Positions 9,995 through 20,058 of a DNA stretch of 64,000 bases are shown here, in pieces. The position numbers were made by a program, and so were the translations under genes. Positions within the stretch are counted from its first letter, which is position 1. Each line of letters opens with the position of its first letter. Origin of the DNA: Patescibacteria group bacterium (lineage in GTDB: Bacteria > Patescibacteriota > Minisyncoccia > Moranbacterales > DUUL01); the NCBI GenBank assembly GCA_034660175.1, contig JAYEIQ010000004.1:4152-68151 (forward strand). Direction: 5' to 3'. Below the pieces are notes generated by a model that saw only the letters and a list, made by a program, of their open reading frames with translations, searched no databases and was not told the DNA's origin.

Positions 9995-11198
9995 CATTCA
10001 CTACTTTAACGAGGCTTTGTATCCTGGCATGTCGGCAAATAAAGTTGCAAGAGTAGAGATGGCCAATTCATTCTTGAGGGTTGATAAGGTTGAAGGAGTG
10101 TTTTTTTGGTTTCTCAGTAATCGATATTTTTTTAACGAAAGGTCCTGTTTTGCAAATCAGTCACTGGATAAAGGGGTTACCCCTAAGAGAGTTTGGGTAC
10201 CTTTTTTCTCTGACCCTCTTGAAGTGACTGGAACAAAGATTGATAAGGCTGTCAGATTTGTAACAAAAAGGGTATTGTTTCTATGGGCTCTAGTTTTTTT
10301 TGCTATAAAAAGATTTGAAAAAAGTGACCTGGTTTTCATTAGAGGAGAACAATTTGTTCTTGCTTTTTGTCTGGGGGCTTTATTGAAAAATGTGAAATTT
10401 TCTTTTGAAGTTCACAATTATGAATTCGGAAAATTTTTTTTAAGAGATTTTCTCTATAGGAGAGCCAGCAAAAAGGCGAACGTTATAATTGTCATATCTG
10501 GCTATTCAAGAAATCACATGGTCAGAAATGGTGGTATCAAAAGCAGTGCAATTGTGAACCTTCCAAGCGGAGTTAATATCCAGAGATTCTCTGAACTTAG
10601 TGGAGACAATGCAGACTATGATTTAAGATTGGAGATTGGTGCTAGAGAAAATGCTAAAATAGCCATCTATACTGGAAGTTTACATAAGAACAGAGGGATA
10701 GAAGACATTTTGTTCTGTGCTAAAAAAACTCCCAACATCGAATTTGTTATTGTGGGAGGTAATAAGAGTCAAATAGAAGAGTATTTATCAAAACCTGATG
10801 GTGATGCAAAAAATATTCATTTTGTTGGCTATAAATCTAATAAATTGATTCCATCTATTGTAAGTCAAGGGGACGTATTGTTGGCGCCATATTCAAAAAA
10901 AATTAAAACTGTTATGCATATGAGCCCAGTGAAACTTTTCGAATATGCAGCAGCTGAAAAACCAGTGGTGGTTTCTAATATATCAGCTATAAGAGAGATT
11001 TTCAACGATGACGAGGTTAATTATTTTACTCCTGATGATAGGCGTGATTTGCTGAGATGCACAAGAGAAGTTTTCGATAACTATGATGTTTGTCTAGCTA
11101 AAGCAGGAAGGGCAAAAAGAAAAGCTGAGCTCCATTCTTGGGATAATCGAGCGAAAACAATCTTTAAATTATTAAAGAAGGATAATGAACAAAAATAA
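9984..11198 (+). CDS. glycosyltransferase family 4
   Basis: YTGSLHKNRG, SPVKLFEYAAAEKPVV. Confidence 0.88.
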   Translation: MKYNIHYFNEALYPGMSANKVARVEMANSFLRVDKVEGVFFWFLSNRYFFNERSCFANQSLDKGVTPKRVWVPFFSDPLEVTGTKIDKAVRFVTKRVLFLWALVFFAIKRFEKSDLVFIRGEQFVLAFCLGALLKNVKFSFEVHNYEFGKFFLRDFLYRRASKKANVIIVISGYSRNHMVRNGGIKSSAIVNLPSGVNIQRFSELSGDNADYDLRLEIGARENAKIAIYTGSLHKNRGIEDILFCAKKTPNIEFVIVGGNKSQIEEYLSKPDGDAKNIHFVGYKSNKLIPSIVSQGDVLLAPYSKKIKTVMHMSPVKLFEYAAAEKPVVVSNISAIREIFNDDEVNYFTPDDRRDLLRCTREVFDNYDVCLAKAGRAKRKAELHSWDNRAKTIFKLLKKDNEQK

Positions 11199-11910
11199 AT
11201 TTGATTTGCAGAATAATCAATACAATTTTCCATATCACTATCTTGTTAATTTGAGAGAATATTCGAACTATAAGGAGCTTTCCTGGGGAATAATTTACTA
11301 TGCTTATATGAAGTATACAGTAGGGTATGTTTATAAGTCGGGCTGTAAATCATTGTTAGACGTTGGCTGTGGTGATGGGAGGTTGATAAGTGAGCTTGCT
11401 TCCAGTGATAGCAGTGGGAGTTATGTGGGGGTGGATCTCTCCGAATCGGCTATATTGTTGGCCAAGGCAATGAACCAGAATCTTAAGAATGCTAAGTTCT
11501 TACTGAAAAATGTTGGTCAGATAGAGGGAGAGTTCGACATCGTTGTGTTGAATGAAGTCTTGGAGCATATTCCTGACGAAGATCTTGGTGTTTTTACCGG
11601 GAACGTCATGAATAAGGTTAAATCAGGTGGTGTGTTAATAGTAACTGTCCCTTCGGTTAACGTGAAACTCAACGAGAAACATTTTAGGCATTATAATCTT
11701 GAGATGCTAAGAAAGCAGTTCGAGAAATTAAAATTACTAGAGAATGAAACAAAATATCTTTTTAAGAAAAATCTTTTTTACAAAATAATTAGAATATTTG
11801 CAAAAAGATTTAGATGTCCAAAATTGGAGTTGTTTCTGGCAAAAAAATTTTTATTTAATGCCAGAGATAAAAACTGTACCGACATTTTTGTTGTTTTTAA
11901 AAGAAAATGA
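11185..11910 (+). CDS. class I SAM-dependent methyltransferase
   Basis: LLDVGCGDG, GVDLSE, EVLEHIPD, HFRHY. Confidence 0.88.
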   Translation: MNKNKFDLQNNQYNFPYHYLVNLREYSNYKELSWGIIYYAYMKYTVGYVYKSGCKSLLDVGCGDGRLISELASSDSSGSYVGVDLSESAILLAKAMNQNLKNAKFLLKNVGQIEGEFDIVVLNEVLEHIPDEDLGVFTGNVMNKVKSGGVLIVTVPSVNVKLNEKHFRHYNLEMLRKQFEKLKLLENETKYLFKKNLFYKIIRIFAKRFRCPKLELFLAKKFLFNARDKNCTDIFVVFKRK

Positions 11911-11913
11911 ACC

Positions 11914-12810
11914 ATGAGTAATAATTTTATTAGAAGAACTTGTTGTCCTGTTTGTGGAGGAAGAAAGAGAAGGGCTATTTATTTAAAGTCTTTCTCAGAT
12001 GACGATATTTGGGATTATTTGAATGAATTCTATGAGTCGAAAATCTCCAAGGACATTATAAAAGATGATTTTTACAGCATTGTAAAGTGTAAGAATTGTA
12101 GTTTGTTGTACCAGGAGTATATACTCAGTGATAAAAACATGTATTTGCTGTATGAAAATTGGATTTCCGCAGAAAGTAGTCTCCAGAAGAAAATGGTCTC
12201 TGATATTAAATTGTTTGAACAGTATGTTCTTGAGCTTAGGAGAATTTATTTGTTTCTCAAAAAGATGCCACATGAGATTAATGTTTTGGAGTATGGAATG
12301 GGGTGGGGATTCTGGTCAAGATTGGCCAAAGCATTAAATTTTAAAGTAACTGGAGTTGAGCTTTCCGAATCCAGGGTTGAATTTGCTAGGAGGAATGGAG
12401 TTAAAGTGATTGATGATATAAAAAAAGAATTGGATTGTGTTTATGATTATGTTTATTCGAATCAGGTTTTTGAGCATCTAACAGAACCAAAGAAAGAATT
12501 GATTGAATTGGCTAGAGTTTTGAAGCCAGGAGGCATTATAGATATCAAGGTTCCTAATTGTCAAAATTTTGAGAAAAAATTTGGTAAAATTAATTGGAGA
12601 TTAGGATCAAAACCAGTTCATCCACTAGAGCACATAAACTGTTTCAGTCGTCAATCTTTGAAGATATTAGCTAATCAAGCCAAGCTAAGTCTTGTTAGGC
12701 GTCCGTATTCTTTCGCGTGCTTCGGGATAAATTCATGTATAAAGGGTCATATCGAGTATATTAACGATGCATTTTTTTCAACAAACGTTTATATGAGGAA
12801 GAATAAGTAG
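11914..12810 (+). CDS. class I SAM-dependent methyltransferase with N-terminal Zn ribbon
   Basis: CPVC...CKNC, VLEYGMGWG, QVFEHL, LKPGG. Confidence 0.85.
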   Translation: MSNNFIRRTCCPVCGGRKRRAIYLKSFSDDDIWDYLNEFYESKISKDIIKDDFYSIVKCKNCSLLYQEYILSDKNMYLLYENWISAESSLQKKMVSDIKLFEQYVLELRRIYLFLKKMPHEINVLEYGMGWGFWSRLAKALNFKVTGVELSESRVEFARRNGVKVIDDIKKELDCVYDYVYSNQVFEHLTEPKKELIELARVLKPGGIIDIKVPNCQNFEKKFGKINWRLGSKPVHPLEHINCFSRQSLKILANQAKLSLVRRPYSFACFGINSCIKGHIEYINDAFFSTNVYMRKNK

Positions 12811-12831
12811 TAAGAGTATAAAGAAAGTGTC

Positions 12832-14145
12832 ATGAAGAAAACAAAGAAGTGGATTAAAAACAGATTGGGAACCAAAAACAGGGAAAGATTTTTTTTTCTT
12901 TTCAGGCTAATCAAATATCTCAGGAAACAGACAAGGAGAATTTTCAGAGATCTTGGATCTGATGGTAGGTCAGAATTATTGCTTCCTAGTGAAGAATATT
13001 TCATTGAAGACAAGAATGTCTTTTTCGGTTATTATGATAAAAGTCCTTTTAGTGATAATGGAGAAGTTATTCTGGTACAAGTTGCTAAAGGTCAAAACAA
13101 ACATCCTCAAGTGGGTGATGAATTGATTGTTGGCTTTTTTTGCAGGCAGGCAGGCTCTTCTGGAAGAGGAATTGTTGAGTTAGGCAGGACTACCACATGG
13201 TGCTGGCAACAAGGTTGCAGATTGCAGTGGTTTCCTGGGGATGGGAGCAAAAAAATTATCTACAACAAATTGATAAATAAACGGTTTTCCTCGGTGGTTC
13301 AAGACACAGAAAGCAAAAGAGTGGTTAAGTCGCTTAGTTTTCCTGTGTATGATGTTGATCCAAGCGGGTCTTGTGCCTTAACATTGAGTTTTTCCAGACT
13401 ATATCGGTTAAGGCCAGGGTATGGCTATGCTGGGATTATTGATGAGACAATAGATGAAAAGATACCGTCTAGTGATGGAATCTGGCTTGGAAATATCAAG
13501 AAAAACGAAAAGAGTCTTTTATTAAGTTTAGAAAAAATTTCACAGATGGATTGGAATGAGAAGATGGTTGGGGCACAGCACTATGTAAATTTTATTTCTT
13601 ACAACAAGGATGGTAGTAAGTTTGCTTTTTTGCACGTTTGGGAAGGGGGGGAGGGGAGATCTGTGAGGTTAATGATTTTTGATTTTGCAAGAGGTGAGCT
13701 ATCTGTTGTTGGACAAGGTCATGAGATGGTTTCTCATTACTCTTGGATTGATGATAGTTCAATAATTTTTACATCATTAGCGAAAAAAGGATATGGAATA
13801 TACTACACATACAATACAATCTCAAAAGAAACTATAGTTGTAGGGGGGAACGAACTGACTGGAGACGGGCATCCGAGTGCTTGTGGTGATTCCTCTCTTT
13901 TCATTACAGACACGTCTGCTGATGAATATGGTGAGCGAAAATTGATTCTATTCGATGGACTTAAGGGCAAAAAGAGAGAACTTTTTAGGTTAGTCGATCC
14001 GATTGGATTTTGGGGTGAGGTGAGGTGTGACTTCCATCCAAGGTGGGATAGTTCTGGGCGCTATGTTTGTATTGATTGTCCTGTAAGTGGGAAAAGGAGA
14101 ATGTCGGTTTTTGATCTCAGTGTTGTTCTGAGGGATTTTTCTTGA
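12832..14145 (+). CDS. beta-propeller-like protein of polysaccharide loci (function uncertain)
   Basis: FFGYYDKSPF, WCWQQGCRLQW, LRPGYGY, DGHPS, RCDFHPRW. Confidence 0.6.
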   Translation: MKKTKKWIKNRLGTKNRERFFFLFRLIKYLRKQTRRIFRDLGSDGRSELLLPSEEYFIEDKNVFFGYYDKSPFSDNGEVILVQVAKGQNKHPQVGDELIVGFFCRQAGSSGRGIVELGRTTTWCWQQGCRLQWFPGDGSKKIIYNKLINKRFSSVVQDTESKRVVKSLSFPVYDVDPSGSCALTLSFSRLYRLRPGYGYAGIIDETIDEKIPSSDGIWLGNIKKNEKSLLLSLEKISQMDWNEKMVGAQHYVNFISYNKDGSKFAFLHVWEGGEGRSVRLMIFDFARGELSVVGQGHEMVSHYSWIDDSSIIFTSLAKKGYGIYYTYNTISKETIVVGGNELTGDGHPSACGDSSLFITDTSADEYGERKLILFDGLKGKKRELFRLVDPIGFWGEVRCDFHPRWDSSGRYVCIDCPVSGKRRMSVFDLSVVLRDFS

Positions 14146-15331
14146 GGGCAAAGTAATTATAAAAAGTTTGGAATACAAAAAAGATAATCGAAGAGATTAC
14201 CCCACCCAATACTCCAACAAGAGGTATAAGCAAAAGATATGAAACAAATACAAGTAACATAGCAAGAATTCTGCTGTGGTTAATCTCCTTGTTCATATTA
14301 TTCTTGATTAAGAGAGAAAGGGTTATGTTATACGAAAAATAGAATGGTATAACAATGAGATATATTTGTGACAAAAAAACAACGTCTTCATATCCTGGTC
14401 CATAAAGTAGTGTGACTGGGTATTTTATTATTGGAATTATCATTAAAGGAATAATGAACGACAGGGCAAATGGTTTGTAAAAATATTTAAGAGTTATTGA
14501 CAGATCTTTGTAGATTTTTGGCAGTACTGACTCGATGGTCCCCTTGATAAACTTGAAAAAGATATCGCCCAGTTTCATTGTTAGACCATAAATTGCTATT
14601 TGCTCTGGAGCTAGGATTAATCCCATAATGAAAATATCTGCTTTACCAAAAACTATCCCTGATAAATTTGAGATTGTTAGAGCATAACTTTGCTTCTTCC
14701 AATGAATGTCTATTTTTCCATCTAATTTAAATGAGCGAGAAGATGTTATAAAAAATAATATATTGAAGAAGGATTGCACTGCTACATAACAAAAGACAAT
14801 CACCACCAAATTGTTACTGAAATTGCTAATTGCCAAAATCATACTCAACAGCAGAATTGGGTACAAAATGAGATTGTAGATTGTGAGTGTTTTGAAATCT
14901 CCTCGGCCTTTCAGAGCTGGAGTCCATGTTTTGAGGCTTGTTAGGAAAGGAAACAAGAAAGAGCATGCAATTAATGAGGTACCAATTGAACTTTTTTCTT
15001 GGAGCAGGAAGATGAAACCTATAAATAGAAGAAAGGGAACTCCCCAAAGGGAGTGTTTGAAAGAAAAGTAAGTTCCTTTTCTATAAACTCCATCATATCC
15101 TTGGGCAATTGACTTGACAATTATCGTATTAACTCCAGTGATGGAGATTAGGGAAAGCAGATTAAAGATTGACAAAACAAAGAGATATTCTCCGTATCTT
15201 TCTGCTCCGGCGATTCTTATAAAAAATACAGAAAGAGACACCCCGAAGAGTGCTCCTATCAAATAATTCGTGTTCGATAGAACAGCATTGGCGCCGTGTT
15301 TTTTGTTTTTTTCTATAAATTTTTTTATCAT
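14117..15331 (-). CDS. Wzx-type oligosaccharide flippase
   Basis: about 12 hydrophobic segments, ERYGEY motif, glycan-locus context. Confidence 0.8.
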   Translation of the reverse strand: MIKKFIEKNKKHGANAVLSNTNYLIGALFGVSLSVFFIRIAGAERYGEYLFVLSIFNLLSLISITGVNTIIVKSIAQGYDGVYRKGTYFSFKHSLWGVPFLLFIGFIFLLQEKSSIGTSLIACSFLFPFLTSLKTWTPALKGRGDFKTLTIYNLILYPILLLSMILAISNFSNNLVVIVFCYVAVQSFFNILFFITSSRSFKLDGKIDIHWKKQSYALTISNLSGIVFGKADIFIMGLILAPEQIAIYGLTMKLGDIFFKFIKGTIESVLPKIYKDLSITLKYFYKPFALSFIIPLMIIPIIKYPVTLLYGPGYEDVVFLSQIYLIVIPFYFSYNITLSLLIKNNMNKEINHSRILAMLLVFVSYLLLIPLVGVLGGVISSIIFFVFQTFYNYFALKKNPSEQH

Positions 15332-15357
15332 CGCACTCTCTTATATTATGAGATTTG

Positions 15358-17391
15358 CTATTTACAATAAAAAAGATTTGGCCAAAAAAGATTTTTATTT
15401 TCATACCAGCCGACATAATTATACTTTTTTACGCCTAGATCTTTTGAAATATTTTCACAATTTTCCATTAAATAATCCAAGAGGTCCCTATCTAGCAAGT
15501 GGGCATAAGTTGTTACTAAGTAGCTCTCTCCTTGCTTCTTGCTCATCAACTCAAAGAAGTCAATGCTTTTTTTTGTCTTTTCATTTGTCAATTCCTTGCT
15601 TTTTCTCCGCAGTAAAAAATAAGTTACTCTTGGATTTGTTTGTAAATAATATTCTCCACTGTCTGTTATCACGAAGTCTCCATCTTTTTGGTTTTTGTTA
15701 ATGTGTTGATATATTTTTGAATATTCTGGAGCAATGGCTCTGCGGTGTAGCTCTGTTTTTCCGTAGTCATCGCTCCAAACGCTGGGCGATTCTTTGGTTA
15801 GACCTTGGATTTCTTTTATTGGTAGAAGTGGGTAAAACACGAATAATAGTGCCAGAAAGATGCTTATGAAAGCAGGAATAGCCTTGTTTCTTTTTTTTGA
15901 AAGAGCTTTTGTTATATTCTCGACAATAGAATAGAGTCCTAACATTGCAATACTATAGATAAAAGGTATCAAAAAGTAGCAATATCTAAAATCTTCGTAT
16001 CTATTTAATAAATATATGACAAAAAATAAGGGCACAAAAGTGAATAAAAGCAAATGGAAAGCTCCGAAATCTTTTTTAAGAAAACTCCTCCACAACAAGA
16101 AAAAGGTTCCAACAGAAAACGATAGATACATCAAAAAGGGGAATTTTGTGTATTTTGAAAAGAGGTATTGATAATATGTTTTTTCTGGATTTTTTATGTT
16201 CTCGTAGGATAAATGATTTAAAAACTGTTTACCAGTAATGGAAATATTTGTAATTCCTGTAATTTCTAAGATAATTACGCTAGCAAAAAACAGGAACCCA
16301 AGAGTGAGTAGCGCATTTCTTTTTTTGATTGTATTTTTAAGAATATTTTTATTGATTATCATTGAGAATATCCACGAGACTGGAATGAGAAGAAGCAAGA
16401 TTTTACTAGTTTGGTTTGCTTGGATTGCTCCTGTTACAGAAACTAGCAATAGAGATAAGCACATTGCTAGTGCTTTTTTGTTCCTATCATTCTTAATTAG
16501 AACTAAAAATAAATAGGAGAAATAAAAGGACAAAAGATAGAAAGCGAGAAAAGTAGTGTATGGACGGAGAAATCTGGCTAAAAAAACTGCAGGTGGACTA
16601 AACGCAAAACCAATTGATGTCAAAAGTGCTGGAATATTTCCAATTATTTTGCGAAGAGAAAAGAAGATAACTGGGATGAGTAATACTCCAAATATTGCTG
16701 GTATCAATCTTAGAGTAAAATTGTTTTGTCCGAATGTCTTTGTAGTTAGATAAGTCGAGCTGTTTAAGAAGAGACCCCTTCTGTATCTTTTTTCAGATTC
16801 CCCAGAAAGAAAATTCCATTTTTTAAATCCCTCGCCATGCTTGAGGCTTTCTATTACTTGTACATGCCACTTTTCATCGTGAAATATATCATTCTTATTA
16901 ATGTCGTGAAAGATAAGAAGTCCTTCCCACAAGATGATCGTAAAGAGCAGAAGGTAAATTAATCGGGCAATTTTTCTATTTGATGTCATTACGCGCTTTC
17001 TTTTCTGGTTTCTGTGTGTTAGTAGAACGATTGTGATTAAACTAAAAACAGAGAGTGTAAGAGAATATATTAAAAACAGATTATTTTCTGAGGAGGAGTG
17101 GTGAAGTATTAGAGCTATTATAATAAACAGGATAGAGGACAGAGCAAGTGTTATTGAGTCTACTTTTTCAAGGTTATTTCTCAATTTATATCTGTTCTGA
17201 ATCCCAAAGATGGTTAAGAATGCAACGAAGGCTATTAAGAATATGTTTATATTGATGTAGTAAGAGATTGAAAAGGGAAGTCTCCATTCAAACCAGAAAA
17301 AGACCAAGTATACAGTGATTGAAACAAGACACAAGTCTTTGATGATTACCCTTGATAATTCATTTTTTTCTTTATCTGTTTTTTTTTGCAT
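15358..17391 (-). CDS. GT-C fold membrane glycosyltransferase (PMT/ArnT-like)
   Basis: polytopic; HDEKWH acidic loop, LRLIPAIFG, ARFLRPY, FRY. Confidence 0.75.
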   Translation of the reverse strand: MQKKTDKEKNELSRVIIKDLCLVSITVYLVFFWFEWRLPFSISYYININIFLIAFVAFLTIFGIQNRYKLRNNLEKVDSITLALSSILFIIIALILHHSSSENNLFLIYSLTLSVFSLITIVLLTHRNQKRKRVMTSNRKIARLIYLLLFTIILWEGLLIFHDINKNDIFHDEKWHVQVIESLKHGEGFKKWNFLSGESEKRYRRGLFLNSSTYLTTKTFGQNNFTLRLIPAIFGVLLIPVIFFSLRKIIGNIPALLTSIGFAFSPPAVFLARFLRPYTTFLAFYLLSFYFSYLFLVLIKNDRNKKALAMCLSLLLVSVTGAIQANQTSKILLLLIPVSWIFSMIINKNILKNTIKKRNALLTLGFLFFASVIILEITGITNISITGKQFLNHLSYENIKNPEKTYYQYLFSKYTKFPFLMYLSFSVGTFFLLWRSFLKKDFGAFHLLLFTFVPLFFVIYLLNRYEDFRYCYFLIPFIYSIAMLGLYSIVENITKALSKKRNKAIPAFISIFLALLFVFYPLLPIKEIQGLTKESPSVWSDDYGKTELHRRAIAPEYSKIYQHINKNQKDGDFVITDSGEYYLQTNPRVTYFLLRRKSKELTNEKTKKSIDFFELMSKKQGESYLVTTYAHLLDRDLLDYLMENCENISKDLGVKKYNYVGWYENKNLFWPNLFYCK

Positions 17392-17461
17392 TTATGGTTT
17401 AATCATTGATATTTCTGTTATTTGTTGTGTGTTTCGAAAGAGCGTCTGATAAAGCCCAAGT

Positions 17462-18427
17462 CTACCATATCATTTTTTTCAACTTTCTCAATGCTTGTTT
17501 GGTTGTTGGTTTTTTAGTTAAGTTGATGGTAATTGAGCTAATAGAATTTTCAGGGATTCCATACACGAAGATGGAATAAGAGTTTCCTGCTAAATCTAAC
17601 TTGTCTCTCTCGAGTTTTCCATTACACACAACTTGTTTATCTTCAGGAAATAGGAGACAAGGAATGTTTTTTGTGTCTTTTTTTTTGATACTATTAGTTT
17701 CTATGAACGCAAAATTTTTCCAGACTCTTGAAATTAAATTTTCAGAAAACAAAGGGTACAAATTATTTGACCCAGTAATGAAATAATCATTTCCAGCTTT
17801 AACAATTAATCCACTTGGATATATTTTGTCTTTCTTTCTAAAATTCAAATTATCTCCTATTTCTAGGGTATTTAAAATTTCTTTGTTGACCGATATGATA
17901 TTCTTTTTATCAAATCCCATTTCTTTGAAAGTGGTAATTGACTGGAATGGTCTTAATTTTCCTTTCTCAATAAAATAAAGTACTCTATTACTTTTAAGAA
18001 TGCTCCCATTTGGATATTTTGAGTGATTGTTTTCGAAGAGTCTGTTTTTTACTTGTTGAGTTTCAGTTAGCATGTTTCTTCTGTGAATTAGCATCGGCTC
18101 AAGTGTTTTTGTTGCGTGAACCTCAATTTCTGAAAAATCAAAATCTTCTTTTGGCTCAATGAGGATTTCAAATTCTACTAAATCCTCGTTTGATATCACG
18201 GAAACCACATTATGTGTGAGAAAAGAGTCTTTATTAAAAACATAATACTCTTTTATCGGAAGGGTAGTGCTTGTTAATACCACAGAAGCCACTAAAAATA
18301 GACCACCAGAATAAATAAAACGTCTTAGAAGAGTGGATTTTTTTCTTTCATTCATTGACTGTAGCATCAGTCGTATTTTACTTTTTGTAATTCTAGATGT
18401 ATTTGACATATTTAGAGGATACAACAA
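17462..18427 (-). CDS. membrane-anchored surface protein with two short internal repeats
   Basis: one N-terminal TM; repeats YPNGSILKS..LYFI and YPSGLIVKA..YFI; start may be at 18409. Confidence 0.6.
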   Translation of the reverse strand: MLYPLNMSNTSRITKSKIRLMLQSMNERKKSTLLRRFIYSGGLFLVASVVLTSTTLPIKEYYVFNKDSFLTHNVVSVISNEDLVEFEILIEPKEDFDFSEIEVHATKTLEPMLIHRRNMLTETQQVKNRLFENNHSKYPNGSILKSNRVLYFIEKGKLRPFQSITTFKEMGFDKKNIISVNKEILNTLEIGDNLNFRKKDKIYPSGLIVKAGNDYFITGSNNLYPLFSENLISRVWKNFAFIETNSIKKKDTKNIPCLLFPEDKQVVCNGKLERDKLDLAGNSYSIFVYGIPENSISSITINLTKKPTTKQALRKLKKMIW

Positions 18428-18471
18428 TTTTATCTCTTAGTCCACGAGATGGGGTATTACCCAAAAAGATA

Positions 18472-18504
18472 AACGCACTATTTCACTTAGTGAAATAGTG
18501 CGTT
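18472..18504. terminator. near-perfect 33-bp palindrome, probable terminator of 18532-19716
   Basis: AACGCACTATTTCACT-T-AGTGAAATAGTGCGTT. Confidence 0.6.
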
Positions 18505-18531
18505 ATTTATGTAATTGTTTGTTGATGCAAG

Positions 18532-19716
18532 TTAAGGAATCACTGCATCATCGATGTGAAAATATCTGTCAGCGTTGGTCTTAATGACGAACAGCGAACG
18601 TTCATTCCTGCGGTGTAACACAAAGATGTCATAGGAACTTCCAAGATTGATACTGTACTGGAATCTGTCGTGCCAGTCTCCATCAAAACCTTGACTAGCG
18701 TACTTTATGTATAGCTTCTTTTTGTCTGTTCTGAAGACACCAATGTCCATTTGATCGTCGGAGTCCCAATAGCCCAGAACGGGAACAGCAAGTGGTCCAC
18801 CTGAATTATATGGTTCAGAATCCCAGTCACCCAATCCGTTTTGAGCATCATCGATGTGAAAATATCTGTCAGCGTTGGTCTTAATGACGAACAGCGAACG
18901 TTCATTCCTGCGGTGTAACACAAAGATGTCATAGGAACTTCCAAGATTGATACTGTACTGGAAGATGTCGTGCCAGTCTCCATCAAAACCTTGACTAGCG
19001 TACTTTATGTATAGCTTCTTTTTGTCTGTTCTGAAGACACCAATGTCCATTTGATCGTCGGAGTCCCAATAGCCCAGAACGGGAACAGCAAGTGGTCCAC
19101 CTGAATTATATGGTTCAGAATCCCAGTCATCAAGTTGAGGCGTAGTAGATGCTTGTGCTGGTTCACTGTCGCTTCCATCGACTATTCCATCACCGTCGGA
19201 GTCATCGTCCAAGATGTTGATGTATCCATCACCGTCAATGTCGGTGCTCCAAGTTGAGCCATGCGTGATCCAGAAATCGATTTCGTCATCATCGTTTATC
19301 CCATCATTATCAGTGTCATCAAGGTATTTGTCTGTTCCGTAAAGATGAATCTCTTCATAGTCGAGAAAAGAATCAGCGTCATTATTCCATGTTGGAACGT
19401 GAAGTTCATTTGAGAACACACTATCACCGTCAAAATTGAAAGCAACCACAATGAAATAATAGTCCTGTTCCGGATCGAGAACTGCTGGTAGAGTGAAACT
19501 TGTGTCCAAGTCGCATGTGTCGATCTCGGAGTCATAAATTTCGTCTGCTCCACCACCGCTCTCATTGTCATATAAAAGCTTATAACCGATTGGAGCATCT
19601 CCAGTAGTTGGAGCATCCCAGGAAAAGGTTGGGGTTAATGTTGCCATGGTTGGTTGTGCCAACAGCAAGAAAATAACTGTCAGGCACAGTAGCCAAATTT
19701 GCTGAATTCGCTTCAT
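18532..19716 (-). CDS. secreted protein: FN3-like domain, Ca-binding DxDxDG repeats and a duplicated 100-aa module
   Basis: signal peptide; FSWDAP..GYKLLY..YYFIVVAFN..S.FSNE; DTDNDG/DIDGDG/DSDGDG; AGGAGG RBS. Confidence 0.85.
   Translation of the reverse strand: MKRIQQIWLLCLTVIFLLLAQPTMATLTPTFSWDAPTTGDAPIGYKLLYDNESGGGADEIYDSEIDTCDLDTSFTLPAVLDPEQDYYFIVVAFNFDGDSVFSNELHVPTWNNDADSFLDYEEIHLYGTDKYLDDTDNDGINDDDEIDFWITHGSTWSTDIDGDGYINILDDDSDGDGIVDGSDSEPAQASTTPQLDDWDSEPYNSGGPLAVPVLGYWDSDDQMDIGVFRTDKKKLYIKYASQGFDGDWHDIFQYSINLGSSYDIFVLHRRNERSLFVIKTNADRYFHIDDAQNGLGDWDSEPYNSGGPLAVPVLGYWDSDDQMDIGVFRTDKKKLYIKYASQGFDGDWHDRFQYSINLGSSYDIFVLHRRNERSLFVIKTNADRYFHIDDAVIP
18545..19129. repeat. intragenic tandem duplication, period 300 bp
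   Basis: 18545-18829 vs 18845-19129; only two differing bases seen (18664-65 vs 18964-65). Confidence 0.95.
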
Positions 19717-19769
19717 ACTCGATTACCTCCTTTCGTGGATTTTTTTTGTTGATTTCCTTTTACTTTCAT
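19713..19769 (-). CDS. possible 18-aa leader mini-ORF (MKVKGNQQKKSTKGGNRV)
   Basis: own GAGGT RBS; its stop overlaps the downstream start (ATGA). Confidence 0.35.
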   Translation of the reverse strand: MKVKGNQQKKSTKGGNRV

Positions 19770-20058
19770 CTTAATTACCTCTCTTTTTCCTAAAAAGTTT
19801 GTGGGTCTCGAACAAAAAAACATTTCATTCCTGAAACACGGTAATACCACAGTTGGCAAATTTTCAAGGAACAACAAAAACATAGAACTTTTGTTCCAAA
19901 GAACTGTACTTTCTTTCCATCCTCCCTTGCTTCATATTATAGCTCTTTCTTTCAAATTTACAACATTTTGGAATAGATGGAGATATCTTCTTGGATCAGT
20001 TTCAATGAAAAGTGGAAGCGCGCCTAAGGATTTCCTTAAACGCGCTTCTTTGGTTTTT

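Noticed and set aside
18545-19129. CRISPR array or mobile-element repeat
   Set aside because: These are two long in-frame coding repeats without spacers. I saw no CRISPR array or cas gene in the window.
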